A stretch of 64,000 nt of DNA from the sequence record PV420835.1, one strand, 5' to 3'. Position 1 is the first letter of the stretch. Each line of letters opens with the position of its first letter. The position numbers and the translations under genes were made by a program. Below, piece by piece: positions 17,475-27,911 of the stretch. This DNA is from Acinetobacter phage phiAB441. Under the pieces are notes generated by a model. It did no database searches, was not told where the DNA came from, and saw only the letters and a program-made list of their open reading frames with translations.

Positions 17475-18920
17475 ATGGCTAAGTACAAAAGAGGGAGTTT
17501 GGCGTTAGCTAGACAAGTCTTTAACACCCCTCAATTAATTGTAGAATCTGATCTACAACGAATCTCTCAATACCTAGTAGATCGTGCAAACGGTGTTGAA
17601 GTCAACGTTATTAATACAAATGATGTTGAGCAAAAAACAGAAAAACAAGAATTACAGTCTCTTCTTGAATTAGCATCTTACGAGACAGAAGAAGAAAAAC
17701 AACGTTATCATCGTAGATTAAATATTACTAATGATGGTAAACGAGGTAATCTTTTCATTGAAGGTGCTTTAGTTGCGAAAGCTGGTGAGATCGATGCTGA
17801 TTGCATGGAGTTAACTTCCTATGAAAAGCTTCTATCAACTTTCCAGATGCAAGTCAAGGAAGGTGTTGAAGAATTAGTTCTACATGTAGACTCAGGCGGT
17901 GGCGCTGCTGCAACGTGTTTTGAGATGGCTAACGAAGTCAAGACTCTAGCTAATGAGAATAATATCAAGATTTATGCTTACATTGACGGAATGGCAGCTA
18001 GTGCAGCTTACGCTTGGACATCTATTGCAGATGAGATTATATCTCGACCAGATAGTGAAGCAGGCTCTATTGGTGTAGTTGTGCAACTTATCAATAATTC
18101 AAAAATGCTTTCTGATATTGGTATTACAAGAAAATTTATTACTTACGGTGATAATAAAGTTCCTTTCGATGATCAAGGAGAGTTTACAGATAAATTCTTA
18201 GAATCGATTCAGAAGAAGGTTAATAAAACAGGTTTAGAATTTAGCAATTTTGTTGCTAAAAACCGAAACATGAATGTTGAAGATGTAATTGCGCTACAAG
18301 CAGAAATCTTTACTTCAGAAGATGCTTTGTCTTTAGGTTTGGTTGATAAGATCATGACTCGCTCAGAGTTTTTTGATAAGTATCTTCCATCAGCCAAAGC
18401 TAGTTCAAATAATCAATATTATTTACAACAAGAGGACATTATGTCAAAAGAAAAAGATGTAACTGTTGACACACAATTGAGTGTTGAGCAATTACAAGAA
18501 CAATTAACAAACTTAAATGTAGAAAAAGAACAACTAACAACTCAAGTTGAAACATTAACTCAACAATTAGTCGACTTTCAATCTACAAAAGAACAGTTAC
18601 AAACACTACAGGCAAATTATGATGCTTTGTTAGGTGAAAAAGAAGCTTCAGATAAAGCTGCTAAATTAGCAACTCGTAAAGCAGCAATTGAAGATGCTAT
18701 TGGTAAAGATAATGAACAAGTAGCTTCTCTATTATCTTCTACTGAACAATTAGAAGATGCAGCTTTTGATATCATTGTTCAAAGCTTATCTACACAACAA
18801 GAGTTAAAGCAAGAAAAATTAAAAGAGAAAGGTAACGAAGGAACTCAAAGTCCATCACAACTTAGTATTGAAGAACAACTTGCTGCAACAGCAAAAAAAA
18901 TGACAAAGCAGTCTGCTTAA
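17475..18920 (+). CDS. Prohead protease (S49/ClpP-like) fused to a scaffold-like C-terminal coiled coil
   Basis: HVDSGGG and DGMAASAAY serine-protease motifs. C-terminal 160 aa are Q/E/L-rich heptads. Confidence 0.75.
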   Translation: MAKYKRGSLALARQVFNTPQLIVESDLQRISQYLVDRANGVEVNVINTNDVEQKTEKQELQSLLELASYETEEEKQRYHRRLNITNDGKRGNLFIEGALVAKAGEIDADCMELTSYEKLLSTFQMQVKEGVEELVLHVDSGGGAAATCFEMANEVKTLANENNIKIYAYIDGMAASAAYAWTSIADEIISRPDSEAGSIGVVVQLINNSKMLSDIGITRKFITYGDNKVPFDDQGEFTDKFLESIQKKVNKTGLEFSNFVAKNRNMNVEDVIALQAEIFTSEDALSLGLVDKIMTRSEFFDKYLPSAKASSNNQYYLQQEDIMSKEKDVTVDTQLSVEQLQEQLTNLNVEKEQLTTQVETLTQQLVDFQSTKEQLQTLQANYDALLGEKEASDKAAKLATRKAAIEDAIGKDNEQVASLLSSTEQLEDAAFDIIVQSLSTQQELKQEKLKEKGNEGTQSPSQLSIEEQLAATAKKMTKQSA

Positions 18921-18938
18921 TAAAAGGAATATAAACAA

Positions 18939-19418
18939 ATGGCAGTTATTACAAATTTATTTAATTCACCTGTAGTTCCTTCTGACGTATTTGGTTACGA
19001 AGTTAACACAGATGTCGGTTATGGTCGTGAGACATTCAACATCACTATTACAAGCGGTACAGTTCGTGTTGGTACAATCTTAGTTGTTGATTATGCAGCA
19101 GGTACAGCTACTCCATTAGCTGCTCCAGCAGACGCAGCAGCAGTTGAAGCTCTTGGTGATTTAGCAGTTTGGGTTGGTCGTGATCTTCCTACAAACCCTG
19201 CAACAGCACAAGATTTTGATCGCCTCACTCAAACAGCAACAGGTAAAGGTGTTGCAATTGTTAAAGGTGATGGTCGTGGTATCTTGAAAAAAGGTTACTT
19301 GGACGTTGCTGGTACTCAATACTACGCTCTTCCAGCAGATGTTCAAGCAGCATTAGACGAAAAATTAACTAAAGAAAACCGCTTCAAAATGGTTGAACAA
19401 CAATATACACCAGCTTAA
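18939..19418 (+). CDS. Head decoration or minor head protein (Ala/Thr-rich)
   Basis: Position between scaffold and major capsid. Composition only. Confidence 0.4.
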   Translation: MAVITNLFNSPVVPSDVFGYEVNTDVGYGRETFNITITSGTVRVGTILVVDYAAGTATPLAAPADAAAVEALGDLAVWVGRDLPTNPATAQDFDRLTQTATGKGVAIVKGDGRGILKKGYLDVAGTQYYALPADVQAALDEKLTKENRFKMVEQQYTPA

Positions 19419-19439
19419 TAAAAAAGGAATTAAAATAAC

Positions 19440-20516
19440 ATGGCATTAGCTCGTAACCCTATTAACCCTAATACTACGATTGATCTTGGTTCGGTATTAA
19501 AGGTCATTAATCCGCAGTATGGTCGTATTGATCAATCAGGCTTATTTGAAGAACAAGGTATCCTTGCAACAACTCACATGTATAAAGTTGTTGATCAAGG
19601 TGTAACAAAAATGACTAAGCTCACTTCTCGTACAGAACGTGATGCAATGGCAGTTGAAAAACCAAAAGAAAAGTTCGTTACTATGGGTAGCGTAACTATT
19701 AAAGAAACTGGTGGTGTTCACGTTGAAGACTTAATTGGTGTTGTTTCAGATGTCATCAACTTTGAATCTGAATCGTTCCAAGAAGCTTTAGTGAAAGAAG
19801 CTACTCGTTTAGCAAACGTTGGTGCAGCCAACATGGAATATGTTAAGCTTACTGCTACTCAAGGTCGTGTACTTGACCCGTATAACGGTAATGTAGCGAT
19901 TGACCAATATGCTAACACTGGTACTACTCGTACAGCAGTTACTATTAACGCTGCTCCTACAGCAGATTTAATTGGGCAATTAACAGCTTTACGTAACCAA
20001 TTAGCTGTATTAAATGGTTATAATGGTAATATCTCTGAAGTTGAAATCATTCTTGGTGAAACAGCTTTCAATGATGTTGTTAACCATCCTGACTTTGCTA
20101 CACTTTACCAATTAGCATTCACTGGTTTAGGTAATCTTGCATTACAACAACCAGTTCTTAACGGTAGTCTTGGTTTACAACAAAAAGGTCAATTTGGTTT
20201 CTCTCGTGAATTCCGTTGGGAAAACCTTGTGTTCCGCACTTACCCACAAAAGTTCTATCGTTGGAACGGTGTAGCAGTTGATGCTGTTGCAGCTAACAAA
20301 GGTTGGACAATTGTTCATGGTGTATCTGGTCTTTACCAAGTTAAATATGTACCAGCACCTTACGTATCACGTTATAACCAAGTTGGTCAAAAATGGGTAG
20401 CTCGTTCTACTGGTATCATTGACGATACTCACGCAGATATTACTCTCGAATCTCACTTGATTCCGTTTATGCAACGTCCTGAAATGTCTCTTGACATCAC
20501 TGTGACTACAGCGTAA
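19440..20516 (+). CDS. Major capsid protein (HK97-fold expected)
   Basis: 358 aa right after protease-scaffold and decoration genes. Weak stem-loop follows at 20526. Synteny-based. Confidence 0.6.
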   Translation: MALARNPINPNTTIDLGSVLKVINPQYGRIDQSGLFEEQGILATTHMYKVVDQGVTKMTKLTSRTERDAMAVEKPKEKFVTMGSVTIKETGGVHVEDLIGVVSDVINFESESFQEALVKEATRLANVGAANMEYVKLTATQGRVLDPYNGNVAIDQYANTGTTRTAVTINAAPTADLIGQLTALRNQLAVLNGYNGNISEVEIILGETAFNDVVNHPDFATLYQLAFTGLGNLALQQPVLNGSLGLQQKGQFGFSREFRWENLVFRTYPQKFYRWNGVAVDAVAANKGWTIVHGVSGLYQVKYVPAPYVSRYNQVGQKWVARSTGIIDDTHADITLESHLIPFMQRPEMSLDITVTTA

Positions 20517-20525
20517 TAGGAATGG

Positions 20526-20552
20526 GAGCTACGCAATGTAGCTCTCTACATT
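20526..20552 (+). terminator. Weak hairpin gagctac-gcaat-gtagctc after the capsid gene. A second arm pair tctctacatt/aatgtagaga lies at 20544-20553 and 20582-20591.
   Basis: Read directly. Poor U-tract. Confidence 0.35.
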
Positions 20553-20614
20553 CTTTAGTAACTTAATAACAGGTTATTAAACAATGTAGAGACGCATTAT
20601 TATAAGGAAAATAC

Positions 20615-21100
20615 ATGGCAGATTTAGACCCAATAAATAATCCAATTGACGCTCTACGTCTTGAGTTTGGTGATACAGATGAATATGATTATGTTCTTTC
20701 TGATCAAAGTTATCAATACTTTATTAACGCCTACGGAAATTCACCTACACTTTTAAGAAAGAAACTTGGTATGGCGATTCTAGCTGTATTTGCTAAGGAA
20801 GGTTTTAGACAACGTGTTGGTCAAGAAGAAGCTTATCTTGGTGAACGCTATACAAACTATCGTGAATGGCTTAAAGATAAAGTTACAAACCCAATGCTTT
20901 CAGGAAACATTCCTAAAGTGTATGTTGGTGGTGTAGTGAGAGAAACTGTTGCTGAATATGAAAATCGATTAGATTTAATTGATAGTTATTTCTATCGTGG
21001 TCAAGGTTTTAAAATGCCTGATTGGAAGTATAAACGAGATTTCTTTTTCAATACTGTAGTTGAACCAGAAGAACAAGCTTGTCGTTATCTTTACAAATAA
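20615..21100 (+). CDS. Head-tail connector or head completion protein (putative)
   Basis: Position in module. Confidence 0.4.
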   Translation: MADLDPINNPIDALRLEFGDTDEYDYVLSDQSYQYFINAYGNSPTLLRKKLGMAILAVFAKEGFRQRVGQEEAYLGERYTNYREWLKDKVTNPMLSGNIPKVYVGGVVRETVAEYENRLDLIDSYFYRGQGFKMPDWKYKRDFFFNTVVEPEEQACRYLYK

Positions 21101-21109
21101 GGTGATGAT

Positions 21110-21709
21110 ATGGCTAAAATGAGTAAAGCTAGGATTCGACAATTAGCTCAAGGTGTTGATGTTGATTTAAATGTTATTGAAGATTTATCTGGTTTTGAAA
21201 AGTTAATAAAAGCCTGTAAAAAAGCACATAACAGGCAAATTAGATTTGGTTGGTTAGAAAAGAAAAAGTACCCAGCAGGTAAGAATAAACCTTCATTATA
21301 CGTTGCTCAAGTCGCTTTCTGGCAAGAGTTTGGTACAGAACGATTCGTAGCAAGACCTTACTTTAGGCAACTCATAAATCAAGTTAAATACCGTTTTAAT
21401 GGTGATATAAAAGAGTTTATGACAGGAGTTGCCAATGGTGTTGTTAATGAACAGAAGTTACTTAATTTAGCTAATGAAATTGAATATACGTATCATTCTA
21501 CTGTTAGTCGTCAACAATATAAAAAACTATCTCCTATCACTATTAGAATTAAAGGGCATGACTTCCAGTTAGATAACACAGGGGTCATGCTTAATTCGTT
21601 TAAAGCAAAAGTATTTTATCAAAACATCGAGAATGTTAAACAACATGATGTAAAAATTGATGATTATAAAAGCTATTGGCAAGCAGTTAAGTCAAGGAGA
21701 ACATCATGA
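21110..21709 (+). CDS. Hypothetical structural protein
   Basis: ORF track. Position. Confidence 0.4.
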   Translation: MAKMSKARIRQLAQGVDVDLNVIEDLSGFEKLIKACKKAHNRQIRFGWLEKKKYPAGKNKPSLYVAQVAFWQEFGTERFVARPYFRQLINQVKYRFNGDIKEFMTGVANGVVNEQKLLNLANEIEYTYHSTVSRQQYKKLSPITIRIKGHDFQLDNTGVMLNSFKAKVFYQNIENVKQHDVKIDDYKSYWQAVKSRRTS

Positions 21710-22110
21710 GTAGTATTACAAAATTAGGTAAACGTGTTCACACCTTATTAAGAGATGATCCAAATAATCAAGGTGAATATGTTGATGGTGAATGGATTCC
21801 ACCTGCAAAGACAGTGATTAGTTTTTTTGCAAATATTCAACCTGCATGGAGTTTTACTCAAACACAACTTCTTCCAGAAGGTGAAAGAGATAAGCGATCT
21901 ATTTGGATTAGTAGTAATGATTGGTTGTATGAAGCTAGACACGGAGCAGTTCCTTTAGAAGCTGACATTATTCAATACAATGGTGCTTTATGGGAAGTTA
22001 AAGCTGTTATGCCTTATGGTAACTTTGGACAACATTGTGAAGCTATTGCTACAAAGAGAGATGATAGTCAAAGACCTAGAATTGATGGTGAAGTAGGAGT
22101 GATAGATTAA
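21706..22110 (+). CDS. Head-tail joining protein (putative)
   Basis: Position. Overlapping start-stop coupling. Confidence 0.4.
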   Translation: MSSITKLGKRVHTLLRDDPNNQGEYVDGEWIPPAKTVISFFANIQPAWSFTQTQLLPEGERDKRSIWISSNDWLYEARHGAVPLEADIIQYNGALWEVKAVMPYGNFGQHCEAIATKRDDSQRPRIDGEVGVID

Positions 22111-22637
22111 TGAAATTTGAATCTGCTATCATCAAATCTCTCCAAACATGTTTACCAACATTTAAATTCATTCTTGCAGATAGAAATGGTGTAGAACCTG
22201 CTGCTCCGTATTGTTTAGTAACTATTATTGATGTTATTAATCATGGTAGACCCTACCTAACAACAGCTAATAAAGATGGTGTTGAAGTAGAACAAATTTC
22301 ACAAAACAAGATTGTTAATTTCTCTTTAACACTTCATGCTTTAGCAACTGACCAACAACAGGATGATTTTGAAAGATTCCACATGGGAATTGGAAGTACA
22401 TTTGTTACCTCAACATTTGCTAATAATGGTTTAGGAATTCTAGAATATACAGATATTATTTATCAATCAACCCCTGTTAATGAAATTTCATACAAGAGAG
22501 CTATTATTGATATTAGTATTTTCTGTGAAAGAACAGAGGAATATTATTCTCCATTTATTAAAGTTGTTGAAACACATGGTGATCTTATCGACTCGGATAA
22601 AGATTTTGATTTAACAACTGATTTTAATATTAATTAG
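22110..22637 (+). CDS. Tail completion or neck protein (putative)
   Basis: Position. Confidence 0.35.
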   Translation: MKFESAIIKSLQTCLPTFKFILADRNGVEPAAPYCLVTIIDVINHGRPYLTTANKDGVEVEQISQNKIVNFSLTLHALATDQQQDDFERFHMGIGSTFVTSTFANNGLGILEYTDIIYQSTPVNEISYKRAIIDISIFCERTEEYYSPFIKVVETHGDLIDSDKDFDLTTDFNIN

Positions 22638-22644
22638 GTGAAAT

Positions 22645-23994
22645 ATGGCAGAACAAAAAATAAATGAATTACCAATTACACCACCTTCCAATTTCACAGA
22701 TAATGATAGCTTTGTAATTATTGATGATAATAAAGCAAGGTTACTTCCTAGACCAACATTACTTTCTTGGATTCAAGATAATGTTCAAGGTGAGAAAGGT
22801 GATCAAGGTATTGCTGGTATTAATGGTACAAACGGTAAAGATGGGAAAGATGGCGAAGACGGTGAAGATGGATTATCTGCATATCAAATCGCAGTCAATA
22901 ATGGTTTCGTTGGAACTGAAGCACAATGGTTAGCTTCTCTAAAAGGACCTAAAGGTGATCAAGGTATTAATGGAACAAACGGATGGAGTCCAAGACTTGC
23001 TGTAGTTACGACAGGTGAACGTAGAGTATTACAGATTACATTCTGGACTGGTGGTACAGGAACTCCTCCACCTACAGGTTATATTGGCGCGACAGGTATT
23101 GTTGATAACATTGCTAATGCTGTTGATATTCGTGGTTCTCAAGGTTTACAAGGTATTCAAGGTGATAATGGTTGGAATCCTGTTTTAGCAATTGCTAACA
23201 ACTCTAGTTCACAACAAGTCATTAGAGTTTTAGATTGGACTGGTGGTACTGGTACAAAACCAGCAACAGGTTATGTATCTTCAACAGGACTTGTAGCGAC
23301 AGCAGATGAAGCAACAGCTTTAACAGTAACAGTTAGTCAAAATGATGTGAGATCAACGACTCTAACAGGTCTTAGTTTATCAACTAAAACAGATGTTGTA
23401 GCAGCAGACACAATATTAACTGCAATGGGGAAACTACAAGCACAGTTAGATAATTTATCAAACCAAGCTGGTCAAGTTAAAGTAGTTTATTCTGGATTAA
23501 CGTTAACCAATTTTACTGCTAACACATATAAGACTTTTGATTTTGCAGCAGCAACACCTACTGTTGTTTCTCCACCGACCACAACATATCCAAAATCAAC
23601 ACCCAACAGCTACTTAGGTGTATTTGATGCAAATAGAGGAACATCTCCGACAGGTAGATTAATTGAGAATCCTATTAGTGGTCAAATTCATGGTTGGAGA
23701 ATTCAGGGTCAATTTAGTGGTAAGTCTACGAGTGGAACATCTACAGAAGTTTTAACTCTACGTATTAGAAATCCTGTGAGTGGCTTCACATATGTCAAAG
23801 CAATCACATTACCAAACAACCTTTCTTCTGGTACTTTTGCAGATGAGTTAATTACAATTGCTGACAATGATAGTATTCCTTCTCCAAACGGTTATATTCT
23901 TGAAGCAGCAATGTCTCAAACAGATGCTGGGTTATCACTTCAAATTAATGCGTTAACTAGATTCTCTTATGCTAAAGAAGTCTATGTTTCTTAA
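22645..23994 (+). CDS. Collagen-like repeat fibre protein
   Basis: Two G-X-Y runs (GEKGDQGIAGINGTNGKDGKDGEDGEDG and KGPKGDQGINGTNG) flank a SAYQIAV-GF-GTE-QWL-SLKG motif typical of phage collagen-like fibres. Confidence 0.6.
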   Translation: MAEQKINELPITPPSNFTDNDSFVIIDDNKARLLPRPTLLSWIQDNVQGEKGDQGIAGINGTNGKDGKDGEDGEDGLSAYQIAVNNGFVGTEAQWLASLKGPKGDQGINGTNGWSPRLAVVTTGERRVLQITFWTGGTGTPPPTGYIGATGIVDNIANAVDIRGSQGLQGIQGDNGWNPVLAIANNSSSQQVIRVLDWTGGTGTKPATGYVSSTGLVATADEATALTVTVSQNDVRSTTLTGLSLSTKTDVVAADTILTAMGKLQAQLDNLSNQAGQVKVVYSGLTLTNFTANTYKTFDFAAATPTVVSPPTTTYPKSTPNSYLGVFDANRGTSPTGRLIENPISGQIHGWRIQGQFSGKSTSGTSTEVLTLRIRNPVSGFTYVKAITLPNNLSSGTFADELITIADNDSIPSPNGYILEAAMSQTDAGLSLQINALTRFSYAKEVYVS

Positions 23995-24005
23995 TAGGAG
24001 TAATT

Positions 24006-25151
24006 ATGTTTGATATAAACACTTCTCCTGTTAAAGTAGATATTAACATTGAAAAAGATGTACTAACTACAGATGGGTTCTACCAAGTAGGTTTTATCAC
24101 AGAGAATGATGTTGCACCAAGAACTTTAATTGTAGAAAGATTGAAAGACCTTTTAGATAACGGCTATGACAGAGCTTCTAAGGCTTATAACTTTTGTTTA
24201 GGTGTATTTGCACAGAATCAAATGAAACGTGTTGTAGTGCGAGCTAAACGATCTTCTGAGACGTATTTTGAAGCATATTCAGCAGATGATAACTCAGAGT
24301 ATTATTATGTTGTTATAGAATCAAAAGATATTAATGATATTGTGACATTCAACACAGCAATTCAAGATGAGTTAAAGTTACAGTATTTTTCATCTTCAGA
24401 GAATGCATCTGATCAAGTTTACGGTAGAAAATTAGTTTATTACTATCAACCATATTTCGGTAATGGTTGGTTGTTATATGATTCTTCAAACATCGTTGAG
24501 ACAGATGAAGGTAAATGGTTTTATATTGGTGAACTTGGTAACTATTCAGACGGTAAAGGTAGTTGGTCTTTCGATGACAACTCTATTACCGATTGGGACA
24601 CTTCGGATAATGTTCTTTTAGAATACCAAGATTTAACAGAAGAACAAGCACAAAGTAAATCTTTAGAATATCCTGAAGGTGCATGGATTGGATACTGTGG
24701 TTGGTTTTTCCCAAGTCAAGTTCAGTGGTTATATAAAAACTTAACACGAGTTGACTACTTCAATTTAAAGCAAATACCAAATTATTCAAATACTACAATT
24801 ATGCTGTACTTTGACAGCAAGTCTACTGTCGGTACAGGTAAAACTTGTCAAGAGGTAGAAATTAATGAGCATATTTCTCTTGACTGGTTGAAGTATGCTT
24901 TACAAAGAAAACTGTGGAAATCTCTTTATACAAATAAGAAGATAAACGCAACAGTTTATGGACTACAATCTTTAGAAAATCAAATAAAAGAAATATTAGA
25001 TGTTTCTGTAGAGCAAGGTATTTTCTCAAGCTATATCATAACAGACAGAAAACTTGATCGAATAAATAATAAAGCATCTTTTAAATTTTCAGCAACTTTA
25101 ACTCATTCTATCTTAGGGGTAGATAAAGTTGAAGGGACTATTTATCAATAA
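24006..25151 (+). CDS. Hypothetical structural protein
   Basis: ORF track. Confidence 0.4.
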   Translation: MFDINTSPVKVDINIEKDVLTTDGFYQVGFITENDVAPRTLIVERLKDLLDNGYDRASKAYNFCLGVFAQNQMKRVVVRAKRSSETYFEAYSADDNSEYYYVVIESKDINDIVTFNTAIQDELKLQYFSSSENASDQVYGRKLVYYYQPYFGNGWLLYDSSNIVETDEGKWFYIGELGNYSDGKGSWSFDDNSITDWDTSDNVLLEYQDLTEEQAQSKSLEYPEGAWIGYCGWFFPSQVQWLYKNLTRVDYFNLKQIPNYSNTTIMLYFDSKSTVGTGKTCQEVEINEHISLDWLKYALQRKLWKSLYTNKKINATVYGLQSLENQIKEILDVSVEQGIFSSYIITDRKLDRINNKASFKFSATLTHSILGVDKVEGTIYQ

Positions 25152-25163
25152 AAAGGAAAAATA

Positions 25164-26207
25164 ATGTTAACAATTGATCAAATTGTTCGTGTTGTAATTC
25201 GCAGAGAAACATCAACAAAAACTGTTCGTGATCTTCAAAAGATTGCTATTCTCTCAGAACACACACGTTTTGCAGAAACTTTCAGACGCTATCAATCTAC
25301 AACTGCTATGTTAGCTGATGGATTTTTAACTTCTGACTTTGCATATATTGCAGCAAATCGAATCTTCTCTCAAGACCCTCAAGTAAAAGAAATCATTGTT
25401 GGTAAGGTAGTTGATGGTGGTACAGGTGTTGACTATGTATCAGAGATTACTAAGTTACAATCTGAAGCTGCTGACTGGTTCTTCTTGATTACAGATGCTA
25501 CTGATGATGCAGATAAACTAGCTATTGCTAACTACATTGAAACACAAACTGCTATCTACGTATTCAGTGATCACAATACAGCAACTATCACTAACGCTAC
25601 AACTGACATCTTCTCAACAATGAAAGAGCAATCTTTAATGCGCTCTATTGGTATCCACGTTAAAGATGCAGCAGTAGTTGCAGCAGAAGCAGCGCTTGTT
25701 GGTAAGTTTGCAGTTGATGTAATTGGTAGTAATTTATGGTTGCATAAAACTCTTACAACTCTAAGTGCTGAAAACTTTAGTGCTACCGAAGTTGGTTATT
25801 TAAATAGCAAGAATGCTCTTTATTACACTAAAGTTGGTGCTGATTCAGTTGTTGAAGGTATGGCTAACGTAGTTGGTGGCGAGAAGATTCATGTCATCTT
25901 AGGAGCTATCTGGTTAGAAGTTCGTATTGGTGAAGCATTCTGGAATTTACTATACACCAAGAATCGAATTCTTTATACAAATGGTGGTATTGATCAGTTC
26001 AAAGCTGTTCTTGTTACTATCTTAAATCAAGCTGTTGATAATAACATTTTAACAGATGATACACCTTTCCAAATCACTGTACCAGATGCTAATAAACTTA
26101 CTTCTGCTGAACGTGCTAGTGGTGTTCTTTCTAAGATCACATTCCGCGCTCGTCTTGCTGGAGCTATTATCTTTGTTGATGCTGTTGAAGGCACTGTTTA
26201 CGCTTAA
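25164..26207 (+). CDS. Putative tail sheath protein
   Basis: Position immediately upstream of a tube-sized gene and the chaperone/tape-measure set. gp25-like and J-like baseplate genes downstream imply a contractile tail. No motif evidence. Confidence 0.35.
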   Translation: MLTIDQIVRVVIRRETSTKTVRDLQKIAILSEHTRFAETFRRYQSTTAMLADGFLTSDFAYIAANRIFSQDPQVKEIIVGKVVDGGTGVDYVSEITKLQSEAADWFFLITDATDDADKLAIANYIETQTAIYVFSDHNTATITNATTDIFSTMKEQSLMRSIGIHVKDAAVVAAEAALVGKFAVDVIGSNLWLHKTLTTLSAENFSATEVGYLNSKNALYYTKVGADSVVEGMANVVGGEKIHVILGAIWLEVRIGEAFWNLLYTKNRILYTNGGIDQFKAVLVTILNQAVDNNILTDDTPFQITVPDANKLTSAERASGVLSKITFRARLAGAIIFVDAVEGTVYA

Positions 26208-26225
26208 TAAAAGGAAAATAAAAAC

Positions 26226-26762
26226 ATGGCAAATACAATTACTTCATACATTCCATCAGCGTTAACAATTGTTATCAACCATCCAGCAACTAACACAACA
26301 CACGTTATTGGTGGTTATTCACAAGATTCAGTTGTTTCAATTGAGTTTCCTGATGAGACGTGGACAGAAACAGAAAGTATTGATGGTATTACAACTCGTA
26401 CACATCGTAAAACAACTACATATCGTGCAACTATTAGCTTAGACCAAACATCTCGTAGTAATGATGTTCTTTCAGCAATTTCACGGTACGATGAACAAGA
26501 TTTGACAGGTATTCAAGGAATTTTCACCTGCACTATTACTGATAAATCGGGTCGCTCATATATTTATTCAAGTCAATCATTTGTTAAGAAACCACAAACA
26601 CAAGAATTTGGTAGTTCAACTTCTACTCGTGAGTGGATGATTGTCTTAGCAGCTAGTGATGCTTGGGTTGGTGGCTCTGGATTAATTGACCAAGAAACAC
26701 AAGATGTTTTATCTGCATTTGGTGTTGTTGTTGATGATCAATGGAAAGCAATGACAGCTTAA
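26226..26762 (+). CDS. Putative tail tube protein
   Basis: Size and position. Confidence 0.35.
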   Translation: MANTITSYIPSALTIVINHPATNTTHVIGGYSQDSVVSIEFPDETWTETESIDGITTRTHRKTTTYRATISLDQTSRSNDVLSAISRYDEQDLTGIQGIFTCTITDKSGRSYIYSSQSFVKKPQTQEFGSSTSTREWMIVLAASDAWVGGSGLIDQETQDVLSAFGVVVDDQWKAMTA

Positions 26763-26770
26763 GGTGATAT

Positions 26771-27346
26771 ATGTCTTTATTACATAGTTATGTTCCTAGC
26801 GCAACTAGAGTTAAACTTTTCGGTATTAATGTTGAGGGATTTGGTACAACAAACTTATTTGAGATTGAACGTGATGCTCCAGCAACAACATTCCGAAAAG
26901 CAATGGATGGTAGTCACACAGCATTCGTTGATAAATATGGAAGCTATAGAATTAATGTCTATGTAATGCAATCAAGTGAAGCTAACACATGGCTTCATTT
27001 GATTTTTAAAGCTTATCAGAAGTTTGGTGCTGACTTAAAGATTCCTTTAGAGATTGAAGATAAGAGTGGAAAATTACACTTCACTTCAATGGATTGTTTC
27101 TTTGAGACTGAACCAACAGTTACTAGAGGTTCAGAATTAGGTGAAGTTGTTTGGACATTTGTTTGTCACAATGGAGCTTATAATATTGCTGGTAACGGTA
27201 GTGTTGATGATCTTTATGATAAGTTAGCTTCAATCATTCGACTAATTGAAATTGGTGGATTAATTGGAATTGACTTTAGTGACTTCACTGACAAGATTAT
27301 GGAGTCTGCTGATACAGCAATGACAAGATTAAGAACTTTAGTTTAA
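26771..27346 (+). CDS. Hypothetical tail protein
   Basis: ORF track. Confidence 0.35.
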   Translation: MSLLHSYVPSATRVKLFGINVEGFGTTNLFEIERDAPATTFRKAMDGSHTAFVDKYGSYRINVYVMQSSEANTWLHLIFKAYQKFGADLKIPLEIEDKSGKLHFTSMDCFFETEPTVTRGSELGEVVWTFVCHNGAYNIAGNGSVDDLYDKLASIIRLIEIGGLIGIDFSDFTDKIMESADTAMTRLRTLV

Positions 27347-27360
27347 TAGGAGCTTTACAA

Positions 27361-27888
27361 ATGGGTATTCTAAATGAGATTGCTTCTAAAGCTAAAGATT
27401 TAATTCAAGGAAATAATTTACTTAATCGAAGAACACGTTCTTATGATGCAAGTAAGAATAGAATTGTTGTTGCTGGTTTTGAGTTAGATGGTGTTGTTGA
27501 AGCGACACTTTCCGCTAAAACAGTAGCTAAGTCAGATCAAGGTGTCAGTAAGTATTACTACACTTATTATGAAGTACATGAACCATTAACTTTAAACATA
27601 ACCGTATTACCAACAGCTAAGTGTAATGAGATTCTACAATTACTAGCATATACTCAGAATAAGAAAAAAGGATGGTTTACAACATACATTGTTGAGAATG
27701 GAGTTCCTGTTGATGTTTATAAATCAGTATTCTTAAACTTATCTGAAATTGGTATGCAAGCTGAAGGGCAAAATAGAACATACATTTTAGGCATCTGTGA
27801 TGCAAACAACAATGCTGTAGAACAAACAGAAAGTGTTATTGGAGAAGAGACTTCTTTAGACACTCCTGTGGCAATTGTTCCAGAATAA
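27361..27888 (+). CDS. Hypothetical tail protein
   Basis: ORF track. Confidence 0.35.
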   Translation: MGILNEIASKAKDLIQGNNLLNRRTRSYDASKNRIVVAGFELDGVVEATLSAKTVAKSDQGVSKYYYTYYEVHEPLTLNITVLPTAKCNEILQLLAYTQNKKKGWFTTYIVENGVPVDVYKSVFLNLSEIGMQAEGQNRTYILGICDANNNAVEQTESVIGEETSLDTPVAIVPE

Positions 27889-27911
27889 GAATAAATTTTA
27901 GGAGAAATTAA

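Noticed and set aside
17318-17527. Opposite-strand and overlapping ORFs from the six-frame track (17318-17527, 18209-18397, 19161-19346, 21748-21942, 22721-22933, 26056-26265, 27717-28189, 29862-30122, 32731-33311, 34595-34798, 37066-37502, 38392-38622, 40460-40645, 42384-42731, 43707-43946, 44130-44321, 45788-45994, 46390-46596, 46861-47091, 48577-49428, 49919-50158, 51575-51829, 53150-53380, 58046-58384, 60910-61092, 62798-63025)
   Set aside because: Each lies inside a longer, motif-supported gene on the other strand or frame. They lack RBS and have low-complexity translations typical of AT-rich antisense frames.
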